From Octopus sinensis (lineage: Eukaryota), in contig NC_043000.1 in the NCBI RefSeq assembly GCF_006345805.1, forward strand, positions 150,970,001 through 151,034,000: a DNA stretch of 64,000 bases, in the 5' to 3' direction. The translations under genes and the position numbers were made by a program. A model generated the notes under the pieces. That model saw nothing but the letters and a program-made list of their open reading frames with translations. It searched no databases and was not told the DNA's origin. Shown here one piece after another: positions 63,285-64,000 of this stretch; within the stretch, counting starts at the first letter, position 1, and every line of letters begins with the position of its first letter.

Positions 63285-63825
63285 AGTGCTACTGGTAACA
63301 TGTAACCCAGTACAACCTGTTGCATGGTCGGGTCGTCGGCGACTAAACCGGCAACCCCACCAAGCTTGCTTGGTGAGGAGGGTGTTTATTGGACACCCTG
63401 CGGGATGAAAAACAAAACCCGTCAAAGGGCGGAGGAACTCTTGAGAGTCAACGGCCATCCAATAAATGTCTTATGGCTGTATCATGCGCGGGGACATAGA
63501 AATAATCGGACTGAATGCCCGATCGCGCGGTTAAACCATTGGGAGTGAAGGTCTCCTAGCCTTTGTTAGGGTATCCTTCTAGGAGAAGGTAACTCAGATA
63601 ACTGGGATAACTCCGATATAAAACCTGCGGCTCAGTGGTTACCGATGATGTTGATTTGTTCTTCTTTTCGGATTATGGCTGATGTTGCTTAGTGAGTGGG
63701 ATTGACTCAGTGCACAGCCTTTCCCCACTTAAAAAAATCTTCTTGCACAGGCATTGCACGATAACAACATTGATTAAGCTTTGTGCAATGGCCATACTCG
63801 ATAACGAGGGGGCAGCCACCATGTA
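63285..63825 (+). mobile_element. GC-richer structured segment resembling an RTE-clade LINE 5' UTR
   Basis: Hairpins CCACCAAGC-TT-GCTTGGTG and GGGTGT-TTATTGG-ACACCC, and TCTAGGAGAAGGTAACTC...ATAAAACC, a motif I recognise from RTE 5' UTRs; no ORF follows. Confidence 0.4.
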
Positions 63826-63923
63826 TGTATGTATGTATGTATGTATGAATGTATATGTATATATGTGTGTGTGTTTATACGCATATATTCATGTATATAT
63901 GTATATACATAAGTATACATACA

Positions 63924-63962
<39 letters not shown>

Positions 63963-64000
63963 GGATGATTCTTTCTTCTTTCACTTTTAGTTCGACATGT

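Overview
AT-rich, microsatellite-dense eukaryotic DNA, almost entirely repeat-derived. The SINE repertoire and (TA)n/(TATG)n/(CAC)n landscape look like an octopod cephalopod genome (inference from recognition, no search run). I found no supportable host exon, rRNA, true tRNA or CRISPR array; the long ORFs in the track are simple-repeat artefacts. Recognisable elements: a Chapaev3-type (CMC) transposase remnant with its CACTG terminus, four R4/Dong-type non-LTR fragments, several CR1/L2-type LINE 3' ends, Penelope-like element (PLE) RT and GIY-YIG remnants, four tRNA-derived SINE families (one forming concatemers), non-autonomous Helitrons, a piggyBac-type and a Tigger-type MITE, and a GG-terminal MITE with an 8-bp TSD. 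The most striking signal is a window-wide set of short, mostly (TA)n-anchored insertions. They carry minimal type I hammerhead ribozymes of at least six sequence families, all with a self-complementary stem III, and most have a fold-back (inverted) 5' end. One (35539-36314) is 1.25 tandem copies of a 352-bp hammerhead unit plus its inverted copy, directly next to a PLE RT fragment. It is a candidate retrozyme-like/PLE pLTR system. Coordinates were counted by hand and may be off by a few bases; single-base differences between repeat arms may be long-read errors.
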